From Elusimicrobiota bacterium (GTDB lineage Bacteria; Elusimicrobiota; Elusimicrobia; Elusimicrobiales; UBA9959), in contig JACRER010000031.1 of the NCBI GenBank assembly GCA_016234365.1, positions 9,729 through 73,728 of the forward strand: a stretch of DNA of 64,000 nt. Reading direction: 5' to 3'. Shown piece after piece: positions 8,336 through 17,014 of this stretch. The position numbers and the translations under genes are program-made. How positions within the stretch are numbered: the first letter of the stretch is position 1; each line of letters starts with the position of its first letter. The notes under the pieces are model-generated. The model was given only the letters and a program-made list of their open reading frames with translations. It was not told where the DNA came from and ran no database searches.

Positions 8336-10204
8336 ATGGCAAAGATAATAGGTATAGACCTCGGTACATCTAACACCGCCGCGGCGGTGATGGAAGGCGG
8401 CAAAGTCACCATCATCCCGTCGGCCGAAGGCACGAGCCTGGGCGGGAAGGCTTTCCCGTCCTACGTGGCCTTCGCCAAGGACGGCCAGATGCTGGTGGGC
8501 GAGCCCGCCCGCAGGCAGGCCGTAGCCAACCCGGAGGGCACCGTCGCCGCTTTCAAGCGCAAGATGGGCACCGAACACAAATACAAGGTAGCCGGCAAGG
8601 AATTTACGCCGCCGCAGCTGGCCGCGTTCCTGCTGCAGAAAGTGAAGCGCGACGCCGAAGCCTTCCTGGGCGAAAAGGTGGAGAAGGCGGTCATCACCGT
8701 GCCCGCCTACTTCAACGACAACCAGCGCCAGGCCACCAAGGACGCCGGCACCATAGCGGGTCTTGAAGTGGTCCGCCTGGTGAACGAGCCCACCGCGGCC
8801 GCGCTCGCCTACGGCATAGATAAGGAAGGCAAGGACCAGAAGATCATGGTGTTCGACCTCGGCGGCGGTACGCTCGACGTCACCATCATGGAGCTGGGCA
8901 AGGAAGGCACGTTCGACGTGATCTCCACCTCCGGCGACACGCAGCTGGGCGGCACCGACATGGACCGCGTGCTGGTGGAATTCATCGCCGGCGAGTTCCG
9001 CAAGGACACCGGTATAGACCTGATGGGCGACCCGACAGCCACGCAGCGCATCAAGGAAGCCGCCGAGAAGGCCAAGATCGAGCTCTCCACCACCATGGAG
9101 ACCGAGATCAACCTGCCGTTCATCTCGGCCGACGCCTCGGGCCCCAAGCACATGGCCCTGAAGCTCAGCCGCGCGCGCCTGGAATCCCTGGTGGATTCCA
9201 TCGTGAAGCGCTGCCAGAAGTCCATAGACACCGCGCTCGCCGACGCCAAGATGAAGAGCTCGGACGTGAGCCGCATCATCCTGGTGGGCGGCCCCACCCG
9301 CATGCCCATCGTGCAGAAGTTCATGGAAGAGTACGTGGGCAAGAAGATAGAGCACGGCGTGGACCCGATGGAATGCGTGGCCTCCGGCGCCGCCGTGCAG
9401 GCCGCGGTGCTCACCGGCGACGTGAAGGACGTGCTGCTGCTGGACGTGACCCCGCTGACGCTGGGCATAGAGACGCTGGGCGGCGTGCGCACCCCGCTCA
9501 TAGACAAGAACACCACCATCCCCGCCAAGAAGTCGCAGGTGTTCTCCACCGCGGCCGACAACCAGCCCGCGGTGACCATCCACGTTATCCAGGGCGAGCG
9601 CGCCATGGCTAACGCCGAGGGCAACGTGTCGCTGGGCAAGTTCGACCTGGACGGCATCCCGCCGGCGCCCCGCGGCATGCCGCAGATAGAGGTGACGTTC
9701 GACATAGACGCCAACGGCATCCTGCAGGTGCACGCCAAGGACCTGGGCACCGGCAAGGCGCAGCATATAACCATCACCGCCTCTACCAAGTTGTCCAAGG
9801 AGGAGATAGACAAGTTCGTCAAGCAGGCCGAGCAGTTCTCCGACGCCGACAAGAAGTACAAGGAGAAGGTGGAAGCCAAGAACGAGGCGGACACCGTCCT
9901 CTACTCCACCGAGAAGGCGCTTAAGGAGCACGGCGACAAGATCAGCGCCGAAGAGCGGCTTGCGCTGGACCGGTCCATAGGCGAACTGAAGGACGCCCTG
10001 AAGGGCGAAGACCTGGAAAAGATAAAGAAGGCCAAGGACGCGCTGATACAGGCCTCGCAGAAGTTGGGCGAGGCGGTGTACAAGGCGGCGCAGGCCAAGG
10101 CCGGGGCCGCCCCCGGCACGGGCCCGCAGCCCGGCGGCGCCAAACCCGCCGGCGGCAAGGACGACGTGGTGGACGCCGAAGTGGTGGACGACAACAAGAA
10201 GTAA
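8336..10204 (+). CDS. dnaK: Molecular chaperone DnaK (Hsp70)
   Basis: [23 protein letters not shown], and a canonical Hsp70 substrate-binding region. GGAGGAG RBS precedes the ATG at 8336. Confidence 0.97.
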   Translation: MAKIIGIDLGTSNTAAAVMEGGKVTIIPSAEGTSLGGKAFPSYVAFAKDGQMLVGEPARRQAVANPEGTVAAFKRKMGTEHKYKVAGKEFTPPQLAAFLLQKVKRDAEAFLGEKVEKAVITVPAYFNDNQRQATKDAGTIAGLEVVRLVNEPTAAALAYGIDKEGKDQKIMVFDLGGGTLDVTIMELGKEGTFDVISTSGDTQLGGTDMDRVLVEFIAGEFRKDTGIDLMGDPTATQRIKEAAEKAKIELSTTMETEINLPFISADASGPKHMALKLSRARLESLVDSIVKRCQKSIDTALADAKMKSSDVSRIILVGGPTRMPIVQKFMEEYVGKKIEHGVDPMECVASGAAVQAAVLTGDVKDVLLLDVTPLTLGIETLGGVRTPLIDKNTTIPAKKSQVFSTAADNQPAVTIHVIQGERAMANAEGNVSLGKFDLDGIPPAPRGMPQIEVTFDIDANGILQVHAKDLGTGKAQHITITASTKLSKEEIDKFVKQAEQFSDADKKYKEKVEAKNEADTVLYSTEKALKEHGDKISAEERLALDRSIGELKDALKGEDLEKIKKAKDALIQASQKLGEAVYKAAQAKAGAAPGTGPQPGGAKPAGGKDDVVDAEVVDDNKK

Positions 10205-10220
10205 GCCGCGAAATGACGTT

Positions 10221-10253
10221 GGCGGATGGCGGGGGAACACCCCGCCGTCCGCC
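10221..10253 (+). promoter_or_regulatory. Intercistronic 14-bp stem-loop between dnaK and dnaJ (possible attenuator/processing site)
   Basis: GGCGGATGGCGGGG-gaaca-CCCCGCCGTCCGCC, with one G.U pair. There is no strong T-tract afterwards. Confidence 0.45.
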
Positions 10254-10300
10254 GGCGGCTTTAAGGGCCGCATGTTTTGTAGAATTTCTTCAGTACCGCT

Positions 10301-11434
10301 ATGGCATCAAACGACTATTACCGCACACTGGGCGTGCCCCGCAACGCAGGCCCCGACGAGATAAAGACCGCCTACCGCAAGCTGGCGATGAAGTACCACC
10401 CCGACCGCAACCAGGGCAACAAGGAAGCGGAATCCACTTTTAAAGAGATCAACGAGGCCTACGAGGTGCTCTCCACCCCGGAGAAGCGCCAGGTCTACGA
10501 CCAGTACGGTGCCGAAGGCCTTAAGGCCGGCGCCGGCGGGCGCGGCGGCTTCGGCGGTTTCCAGGGCGCCGACCTGGGCGACATGTTCGGCGATCTGTTC
10601 GAGAACCTTTTTACGCAGGGGCAGGGCGGCGGCGGGCGCGGGCGGCCGCGCAGCCGGCGCGGCGCCGACCTTAAGTACGAGGCGGAGATAACCCTGGAAG
10701 AAGCTTTCTCCGGCGTCAAAGTGCCCGTTAATTTCGACCGCACCGAGCTCTGCGAGGAATGCGACGGCACCGGCGCGCGCGGGCGTACCGGCATAAAGAA
10801 ATGCCCCACCTGCCACGGCGCCGGGCGCGTGCAGTACTCGCAGGGCTTTTTCGCTTTCAGCCAGGCCTGCCCGGACTGCGGCGGCCAGGGCGAGGTGATC
10901 TCCAGCCCCTGCAAGGCCTGCAACGGGGCCGGCCGCCAGAAAAAGCGCGCCACCATAAACGTCAAGATCCCCGCCGGGGTGGAAGAAGGCTCCGTGCTGC
11001 GCGTCTCGGGCGGCGGCGACGCCGGGTTAAAAGGCGGCGATTCCGGGGACCTCTACATCCAGGTGGGCCTTAAGCACCATCCCCATTTCGAGCGGCAGGG
11101 CCGCGACCTGGTCTATGACGCGCAGGTGCAAGTGTGGCAGGCCGCCCTGGGCGGCGAGACCGACGTGCCCGTGATAGAAGGCGGCCGCGTGAAGATCCGC
11201 ATCCCGGCCGGCACGCAGCACGGCAAGGTGTTCCGCGTGCACGACCAGGGCATGCCGTCGCCCGGAGGCAAAGGCCGCGGCGACCTGCTGGTGAAGGTGA
11301 AACTGGAGGTCCCGCACGATCTCTCCCCGCGCCAGCGCGAACTCTTTGAAGAACTGGCCAAGCTGGCCGGCCACGAGGCGCCGTCCCAGGACGGCGACAA
11401 GGACAAGGGCTTCTTCAAGAAGATCCTGGGCTGA
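10301..11434 (+). CDS. dnaJ: Molecular chaperone DnaJ (Hsp40, type I)
   Basis: J domain with HPD (KYHPDRN), a G/F-rich region, and four CxxCxGxG zinc motifs. Confidence 0.95.
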   Translation: MASNDYYRTLGVPRNAGPDEIKTAYRKLAMKYHPDRNQGNKEAESTFKEINEAYEVLSTPEKRQVYDQYGAEGLKAGAGGRGGFGGFQGADLGDMFGDLFENLFTQGQGGGGRGRPRSRRGADLKYEAEITLEEAFSGVKVPVNFDRTELCEECDGTGARGRTGIKKCPTCHGAGRVQYSQGFFAFSQACPDCGGQGEVISSPCKACNGAGRQKKRATINVKIPAGVEEGSVLRVSGGGDAGLKGGDSGDLYIQVGLKHHPHFERQGRDLVYDAQVQVWQAALGGETDVPVIEGGRVKIRIPAGTQHGKVFRVHDQGMPSPGGKGRGDLLVKVKLEVPHDLSPRQRELFEELAKLAGHEAPSQDGDKDKGFFKKILG

Positions 11435-12144
11435 TGCCGCAATATTTCATTCCAGCCGAGAATATCCGCGCCGGCGAATTCTTCGCCGGGCCGGACGAAG
11501 CCAACCATATAGCCAAGGCCGCGCGCGCCCGCCCCGGCGACGAGATAGAGATCTTCGACGGGAAAGGCGGCCGCTGGCGCGCCGCAATAAAGACGGTGGC
11601 CCGCGACGCGGTGACCGGCTCCGTTAAGGAGAAACTGCCCAGCCCCGAATATAAGACGCGGCTGACGCTGTGCTTCGCGGTGGTGGCCAAACCCGCGCTG
11701 GAGGAGATCCTGGAGCACTGCACCGAGGCCGGGGTGGACGTGTTCCAGCCGGTGATGGCCTCGCGGGTGCAGTTCGACCTGTTCAGCGACTGGGAGCGGC
11801 GCGCGCCGCGCCTGAACCAGATAATACTTTCGGCGGCCAAACAGTGCGGCCGCGGCCTGCTGCCGGCGCTGCGCAAGCCGGAGAAACTGGACGACCTGGT
11901 GAACGCCGGCGGCCCCTGCGTGTTCGCGGCGGCGGACGGCCTGACGCCCGACGAGGCGGCGAAGTCCCTGGCCGGCAAGCCGGACGTGAAACTTTTTGTG
12001 GGCCCGGAGGGGGGCTTTACCAAGGGCGAAGCGGAATTCGCGCGCGGCGCGGGCGCCGCGTTCATGAATTTGGGATTGTATACGTTAAGGGCGGAGTCGG
12101 CCTGTCTGGCCGCGGCCTCCGCCCTGCTGACCCGTCTGGGTTAG
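11434..12144 (+). CDS. rsmE: 16S rRNA (uracil1498-N3)-methyltransferase RsmE
   Basis: RsmE-like N-terminus (PQYFIP......G.....DEA.HI.KA.R.RPGD.I.IFDG.G) and a SPOUT C-terminus (GPEGGFT..E...A). The start overlaps the dnaJ stop by 1 nt. Confidence 0.85.
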   Translation: MPQYFIPAENIRAGEFFAGPDEANHIAKAARARPGDEIEIFDGKGGRWRAAIKTVARDAVTGSVKEKLPSPEYKTRLTLCFAVVAKPALEEILEHCTEAGVDVFQPVMASRVQFDLFSDWERRAPRLNQIILSAAKQCGRGLLPALRKPEKLDDLVNAGGPCVFAAADGLTPDEAAKSLAGKPDVKLFVGPEGGFTKGEAEFARGAGAAFMNLGLYTLRAESACLAAASALLTRLG

Positions 12145-12149
12145 TTTTT

Positions 12150-12605
12150 TCAACCTTGCGGTTTAACAGCGTCCTGGGTCTTGCCCGGCGCCTGGAAGCG
12201 GCTGAAAGAAGCCCGCAGGAGGAGCTTTTCTTTCTCGGTCTTCTCCAGCAGGCGCGCCACGGCGCTGCGCAGGTCGGCTATCTGGATGGGCTTATTGAGG
12301 AACAGTTCGGCGCGGGCGCCTATATTGCTCTCTATGCGGGCCTCGTTGGAATTGTTGCCGGTGAGGATGATGACCTTGGTGTGGCGGGTGCGGGGGTTAT
12401 CCTTGATGGTCTTGCAGATTTCCAGGCCGTTGATGTCCGGCAGGCCCAGGTCTATAATGGCCAGGTCCAGCGGCATCTCCTTTACCCAGTTCATGGCGGT
12501 CTCGCCCTTTTCGGCGGTAATGACCATGTAGCCCTGCGCCTCGAGGGCGTGCTTGAGCAAACTAAGGAACGACGTCTCGTCGTCCACCACCAGTATTTTG
12601 TACAT
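12150..12605 (-). CDS. Single-domain response regulator (CheY-like receiver)
   Basis: KILVVDDE...DLAIIDLGLPDINGLE...KVIILTG...NKP receiver signature. Confidence 0.85.
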   Translation of the reverse strand: MYKILVVDDETSFLSLLKHALEAQGYMVITAEKGETAMNWVKEMPLDLAIIDLGLPDINGLEICKTIKDNPRTRHTKVIILTGNNSNEARIESNIGARAELFLNKPIQIADLRSAVARLLEKTEKEKLLLRASFSRFQAPGKTQDAVKPQG

Positions 12606-12767
12606 AAGACTCTCCCCTGCAACCTACCCCCAATATACCATAAAAAAACCGCTTTTCACCTTGACTTCCGTTAATGTTACCTTTGTTACACTGGCGGCGC
12701 CGTGCGGCGGCTTGTTAAGGGCGGGACACATATGTTAGAAGATAGTATGTGCCCTGGAGCTACCTCT

Positions 12768-13073
12768 ATGATAGACCTTAAGCCGGCGTATCTGAAGACC
12801 GTCAGGAAAATACTTTCAGGCAACGTGCCCGAGTACGAAGTGCTGGTGTACGGGCACCGGGCCGAAGGCAAGGCCAAGGCGTATTCCTACTTGGACCTGG
12901 CCATCATGACGGATAAACCGCTTGCCGCCGCGCGCATGGAGAAGATAACCGCGGCTTTCACCGCGGCGCGCTTCCCGTTCCGCGTGGAGACCATAGACTG
13001 GGCCGCCACCGGTGCCAACTTCCGCAAAGAGATAAAGCGCACCGCCGTGGTGCTGCAGAACTCCGCCAAATAG
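12768..13073 (+). CDS. Minimal nucleotidyltransferase (MNT) domain protein, non-canonical active-site motifs
   Basis: VLVYGHRAEGKAKAYSYLDLAI...FPFRVETIDW matches the MNT fold pattern (.LFGSRA.G.....SD.DL...lp..vD..d). The ORF opens at 12702; the ATG at 12768 has a GGAG 8 nt upstream. Confidence 0.7.
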   Translation: MIDLKPAYLKTVRKILSGNVPEYEVLVYGHRAEGKAKAYSYLDLAIMTDKPLAAARMEKITAAFTAARFPFRVETIDWAATGANFRKEIKRTAVVLQNSAK

Positions 13074-13096
13074 CGCCAGCCCGTTTTAACAGCCTG

Positions 13097-13125
13097 ACCG
13101 CCGGGGAAGCCCGGCGGTTTTGCTT
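13097..13125 (+). terminator. Rho-independent terminator after the MNT gene
   Basis: ACCGCCGGG-gaag-CCCGGCGGT followed by TTTTGCTTTG. Confidence 0.75.
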
Positions 13126-13186
13126 TGCGGCGAGCGCGGGGAATATGCCGGCGACCCCCTGCCCGGAGAAATTGTAAAATATAGCG

Positions 13187-14425
13187 GTGAAAGTATATTT
13201 CAAGACCGTCGGGTGCCGGGTCAACCAGGTGGAGACCGAAAGCCTGCGCGAAAAGTTCCTGGAGCTGGGGCACACGCCGGCCGAAGACGCCGAGACCGCC
13301 GACCTGGTGGTGGTGAACACCTGCTCCGTCACCGCCAAGGCCGACCGCGACTGCCTGGCCTTCCTGCGCAAGACCGCCGCCGCCAACCCGAAGGCCTCCA
13401 TAGCCGTCACCGGCTGCCTGGCCACGCTGGAACCCAAAAAGATCCTCGCCGCCGTGCCCGGCGCCGCCATTTTCTCCAACAAGGAAAAAGAAAACATCCC
13501 CGCAGCGCTCTGCGGCACCCCGGCCGCCGCGGATTTCTTCTCCGTAGCCAAGTTCCACGGCAAAGCCCGCGCCTTCGTTAAGGTGCAGGACGGCTGCAAC
13601 CTCAAATGCGCCTACTGCCTGGTGAACCTGGCCCGCAATGAACTGAAGTCCAAACCCCTGGACGCCGCCGTGGCCGAGGTCGAAAAACTAGTCGGGGACG
13701 GCTTTGCCGAGATAGTCCTTTGCGGCACGCGGCTGGGTATCTACAAATGCGCCTCCGGCGCAAACCTGGCCGAACTGATGCGGCGCCTGTTCGCCCTGCC
13801 CGGCGAGTTCCGCATCCGGTTCTCTTCCATAGAATCCGAAGAACTTACGCCCGAACTGCTTAAGGTGCTGAAGGACGGAGGGGAAAAGTTCTGCCGCTAT
13901 TTCCACCTGCCGCTGCAGGCAGGGGCGGACCCCGTGCTGAAGGCCATGGGCCGCCTGTATGATACGGCCGGCTATAAAGCCAAGGTGGAGGAACTCCGCC
14001 GCGTTTTCCCCGGCGTCGGGATCTATGCCGATATAATAGCCGGCTATCCCACGGAAACGCAGGACGATTTTAACGCCGCGCTGGCCTACGTGAAAGGGCT
14101 TGAACTTTCCGGCCTGCACGTGTTCAGCTACTCCGCCCGGCCGGGGACCCGCTCGGCTGCCCTCAAGTCCCTGCCGCCCGATATTGTGAGCTCCCGGTCC
14201 GCCGCGCTGCGCTCGCTGGACCGGGAGCTGCGCGCCGCCTACGCCGTCGCAATGGTGGGAGGGGAGGCCGTGGTGCTGGTCCTTAAGAACAAGGCCGGCC
14301 GCGCTCAGACGCTGGCCGAGAATTTCGTCAATGTGGAACTCGACGCCGCGGCCCCTGCCGGGAAACTGCTGCGCTGCCGCGTCACGGCCGCGCGCGACGG
14401 CGCCTGCCTGGCGGGGAAGCCGTGA
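13187..14425 (+). CDS. mtaB: Radical-SAM methylthiotransferase, MtaB/MiaB-like tRNA-modifying enzyme
   Basis: N-terminal UPF0004 domain (KTVGCRVNQVE...VNTCSVT) and a radical-SAM CNLKCAYC cluster motif. GTG start. Confidence 0.8.
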   Translation: MKVYFKTVGCRVNQVETESLREKFLELGHTPAEDAETADLVVVNTCSVTAKADRDCLAFLRKTAAANPKASIAVTGCLATLEPKKILAAVPGAAIFSNKEKENIPAALCGTPAAADFFSVAKFHGKARAFVKVQDGCNLKCAYCLVNLARNELKSKPLDAAVAEVEKLVGDGFAEIVLCGTRLGIYKCASGANLAELMRRLFALPGEFRIRFSSIESEELTPELLKVLKDGGEKFCRYFHLPLQAGADPVLKAMGRLYDTAGYKAKVEELRRVFPGVGIYADIIAGYPTETQDDFNAALAYVKGLELSGLHVFSYSARPGTRSAALKSLPPDIVSSRSAALRSLDRELRAAYAVAMVGGEAVVLVLKNKAGRAQTLAENFVNVELDAAAPAGKLLRCRVTAARDGACLAGKP

Positions 14426-15348
14426 AAAAGTGCCCCTCCTGCGGCTACCAGGGCAGCACCGGGGCCGCCTGCGGCGTCTGCGGCCGAGACCTTGGCGCGG
14501 TGCCGGAGCTGGCCGTCCCCAAAAAAAGCAAAGACATGGCAATGCCGTTCCTCGCCGCCGCCCTGCTGGCCTGCGCCGCGGTGGCGTTCTTCTTTTTCGG
14601 CCGCGGCGGCAAACCGGAGCCCGTTGCGGCGGTACCGGGCCCTTCCGAAGTGGACGAGTTCGGCTACGAGGGGGCGCTTTACGCGCTGGAGCGCATGGAC
14701 AAGTTGAAATTCCTGCCGGAGGCGGATAAACTCCGCGTGCTGCCGCTGCTGGAAAGTTCCGACGGGCGGGTGGCTTTTGCCGCGGTGAAACTGGCAGGCA
14801 AATGGCTGACGGAGAGCGCCGGTACGCCCGGCGCGGAGCCCTTCCTCGACGCGCTCATCCGGGCCGCGCTGAGCGGCGCGCCGGAGCTGCGCAAGCAGGC
14901 CGCCATGGAGATAGCCGCGGCGGCCGCCTACGGCCTGCCGCTCAAGGCCCGCGCCCGGGAACTGCGCGCGGCCGCTTCTTCCCTGGTAAAGGCCGGCGAC
15001 GCGGAGCTGGTTTGCGCCGGGTATTTCCTGGCTTCGGCGGCTGCGTTCAACGATTTCAGCGGGGAGATGCTGCAGACTTTACGCTACGACCCTTCCTCGC
15101 AGGCCCGGCTTTACTCCGCCTGCGCGCTGGCCCGCCTGGGCGACGCCGAAGGCTACCGCCACCTTGCCGGCCTGGCCGGGGGGGCGGACGAAGCGCTGGC
15201 TGAATCCGCCATTGGCTGCCTGGCCTATTCCTCGGTCCCAGGTTCGGGAAAGCTGCTTTCTGCCGTGGCCGCCGGCCGCCACCCCGCAGCCGGCTGGGCC
15301 AAAAACGCGTTAATATTCCGCGGACAACTTGCTATAATTAAAAAGTAA
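14422..15348 (+). CDS. Hypothetical membrane protein: N-terminal zinc-ribbon, one TM helix, Ala/Leu-rich helical-repeat (HEAT-like) region
   Basis: CPSCGY...CGVCG ribbon, TM segment MPFLAAALLACAAVAFFFF, then repetitive helical segments. The GTG start overlaps the mtaB stop (GTGA). Confidence 0.6.
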   Translation: MKKCPSCGYQGSTGAACGVCGRDLGAVPELAVPKKSKDMAMPFLAAALLACAAVAFFFFGRGGKPEPVAAVPGPSEVDEFGYEGALYALERMDKLKFLPEADKLRVLPLLESSDGRVAFAAVKLAGKWLTESAGTPGAEPFLDALIRAALSGAPELRKQAAMEIAAAAAYGLPLKARARELRAAASSLVKAGDAELVCAGYFLASAAAFNDFSGEMLQTLRYDPSSQARLYSACALARLGDAEGYRHLAGLAGGADEALAESAIGCLAYSSVPGSGKLLSAVAAGRHPAAGWAKNALIFRGQLAIIKK

Positions 15349-15375
15349 AGCGCGTATATATTTATACGGGGGCCC

Positions 15376-17007
15376 GTGATGGACGAAAAGAACGGAAAGA
15401 AAAAAGAATCCATAGACGATATACTCTCAGACCTCAACGGCCTGCTCAATAAGATGCCGTCCATCCTGGACGGTATAAGGATGCCGGAAATGAAGCCTGT
15501 GGAGTTTACGGCTCCCGAACCTAAAAAACCTCAGCCCGCCCCCGCGCCTGCGCCGGAGCCGGAACTCAAGACCCCCGAAGCCAACCCGGAGGCGGACAAG
15601 ACCGTGGTAATGCAGGCTTTCTCGGGCCTGCCGGAAGGCGCGCCGGAACCTCAAACTCCCTCGGCCTCCGACGCGGATAAGACCATGATAGTGGACAGCT
15701 TTTCCTCGGTACCGGAGGGCGGCCAGGCCCCCGGCTCCGACAAACTTGTGCTGCAGAGCCTGGGGGACTTTATGTTCGGAGACGATTCCCGCGAGCCGGG
15801 AGAACCGGCGTCTAAAGCTTCGCCTGAACCGGAACCCGCGCCAGAACTGCCGGTCATGGAGCCTGAGCCGCAGGAGCAAAAAGCCCCGGCGGCGGCCAGC
15901 TCGGAGATCAACCCTTTTGAGAGCACGCGCGATTTTGGCGGTATCCCCGACATAGACGCGCTGATACAGATGTCCGACGGCAAAGCGCCGCAGGAAAAGC
16001 CCGAGCCCGCGCCGGAGCCTGTTCCCGCGGTAGAGATCCAGGCCGCGGGGCAGACCTCCGTGGACGAACTGGCCGAATTCGAGAAACAGCTGCAGGCGTC
16101 CGTGCCTCAGGGGGAAGTGATGGAGAAAAAACCGGAAGATGAAAAACCGGCGGAGCTTGCGCCCGCGCCGGAGCAGGCCCCCGAGCCCGCCGGGCTGGTG
16201 CTGGAACCTTCCAGCGAGCCTAAGACGGAGCTTGAAGGGCTTACCCTGGAGCCGAAGCCGGAGCCGGCGGTCGAGGCGCCTCAAACGGAGCCGCAGGCTT
16301 CTGAAACCCTCCAGTTGGAGCCGATCGCTTCCGTAAGCCAGCCTCCGCCCGCCGCCGGTGGGATAGAACTTTCCATAGGGGAACAGGCCGGCAGCACGCA
16401 GGAGTTCGGCGTGCCGGCCGCCCAGCCGGAACCCGCCCCTGCTCCGGAGCAGGGCCTGGTGCTGGAGTCCGCCAGCTCGGTCCTTACCCCGCAGGAACCT
16501 TCCGGCGACGCCACATTGGTGATGCCGCCCCCTGCCGGGGACGAGGATAAGACCGTTATTTTTGAGGCTGGCGCCGCGCCCGGCGTCACCTCCCGCTCGC
16601 AGGCCGGGGACCTGGCCGGCCTGGCCGGGCGCCCGGTGCCGGAAGGCATCCCAGCGGACCGCGTGCGCTCCATAATGTTCCTGTACGCGCCCGAGGATAA
16701 GGCGCTCTGCGCCACGGTCATGGCCGAACTGGACGCCATCTGCCTCAAGTCCGCGGATAAACCGATGTTCGTAAAGCGCGCCGCCGTGCGCGAATGTTCT
16801 CCGGATATGAACGGCAACTACCTGCAGCAGAGCGTGGCCGACGCCGGCGGGCAGGGCCTGATCTGCGTGGGCGCCATACCGCAGGAGAAGGTGTACGAGA
16901 TAGAGAGCGTGTTCGCCTCTTCCGGCGGCTTTTTCCGCCATTATGATTCAGCCTCGTTCTCCCATTCATCCGCGCTGGACCTGGTGTTGGACCTGGTATT
17001 GAAGTAA
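15376..17007 (+). CDS. Hypothetical Pro/Glu/Ala-rich protein with a short N-terminal amphipathic segment and a ~110-aa globular C-terminal domain
   Basis: 543 aa. About 385 aa are low-complexity PEPAP/EPKP sequence. The C-terminal domain (nt 16672-17004) resembles the C-terminus of the next gene product. Confidence 0.6.
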   Translation: MMDEKNGKKKESIDDILSDLNGLLNKMPSILDGIRMPEMKPVEFTAPEPKKPQPAPAPAPEPELKTPEANPEADKTVVMQAFSGLPEGAPEPQTPSASDADKTMIVDSFSSVPEGGQAPGSDKLVLQSLGDFMFGDDSREPGEPASKASPEPEPAPELPVMEPEPQEQKAPAAASSEINPFESTRDFGGIPDIDALIQMSDGKAPQEKPEPAPEPVPAVEIQAAGQTSVDELAEFEKQLQASVPQGEVMEKKPEDEKPAELAPAPEQAPEPAGLVLEPSSEPKTELEGLTLEPKPEPAVEAPQTEPQASETLQLEPIASVSQPPPAAGGIELSIGEQAGSTQEFGVPAAQPEPAPAPEQGLVLESASSVLTPQEPSGDATLVMPPPAGDEDKTVIFEAGAAPGVTSRSQAGDLAGLAGRPVPEGIPADRVRSIMFLYAPEDKALCATVMAELDAICLKSADKPMFVKRAAVRECSPDMNGNYLQQSVADAGGQGLICVGAIPQEKVYEIESVFASSGGFFRHYDSASFSHSSALDLVLDLVLK

Positions 17008-17014
17008 GGGATAT

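Noticed and set aside
8174-10273. 699-aa antisense ORF opposite dnaK, and similar long antisense or alternate-frame ORFs (e.g. 21864-23714, 26567-27784, 27848-29377, 54932-56569, 44010-45320, 50266-51177, 11670-12674)
   Set aside because: Each overlaps a gene with strong family signatures on the other strand or frame. Their translations are low-complexity Arg/Gly/Pro/His-rich. These are typical shadow ORFs of high-GC DNA.
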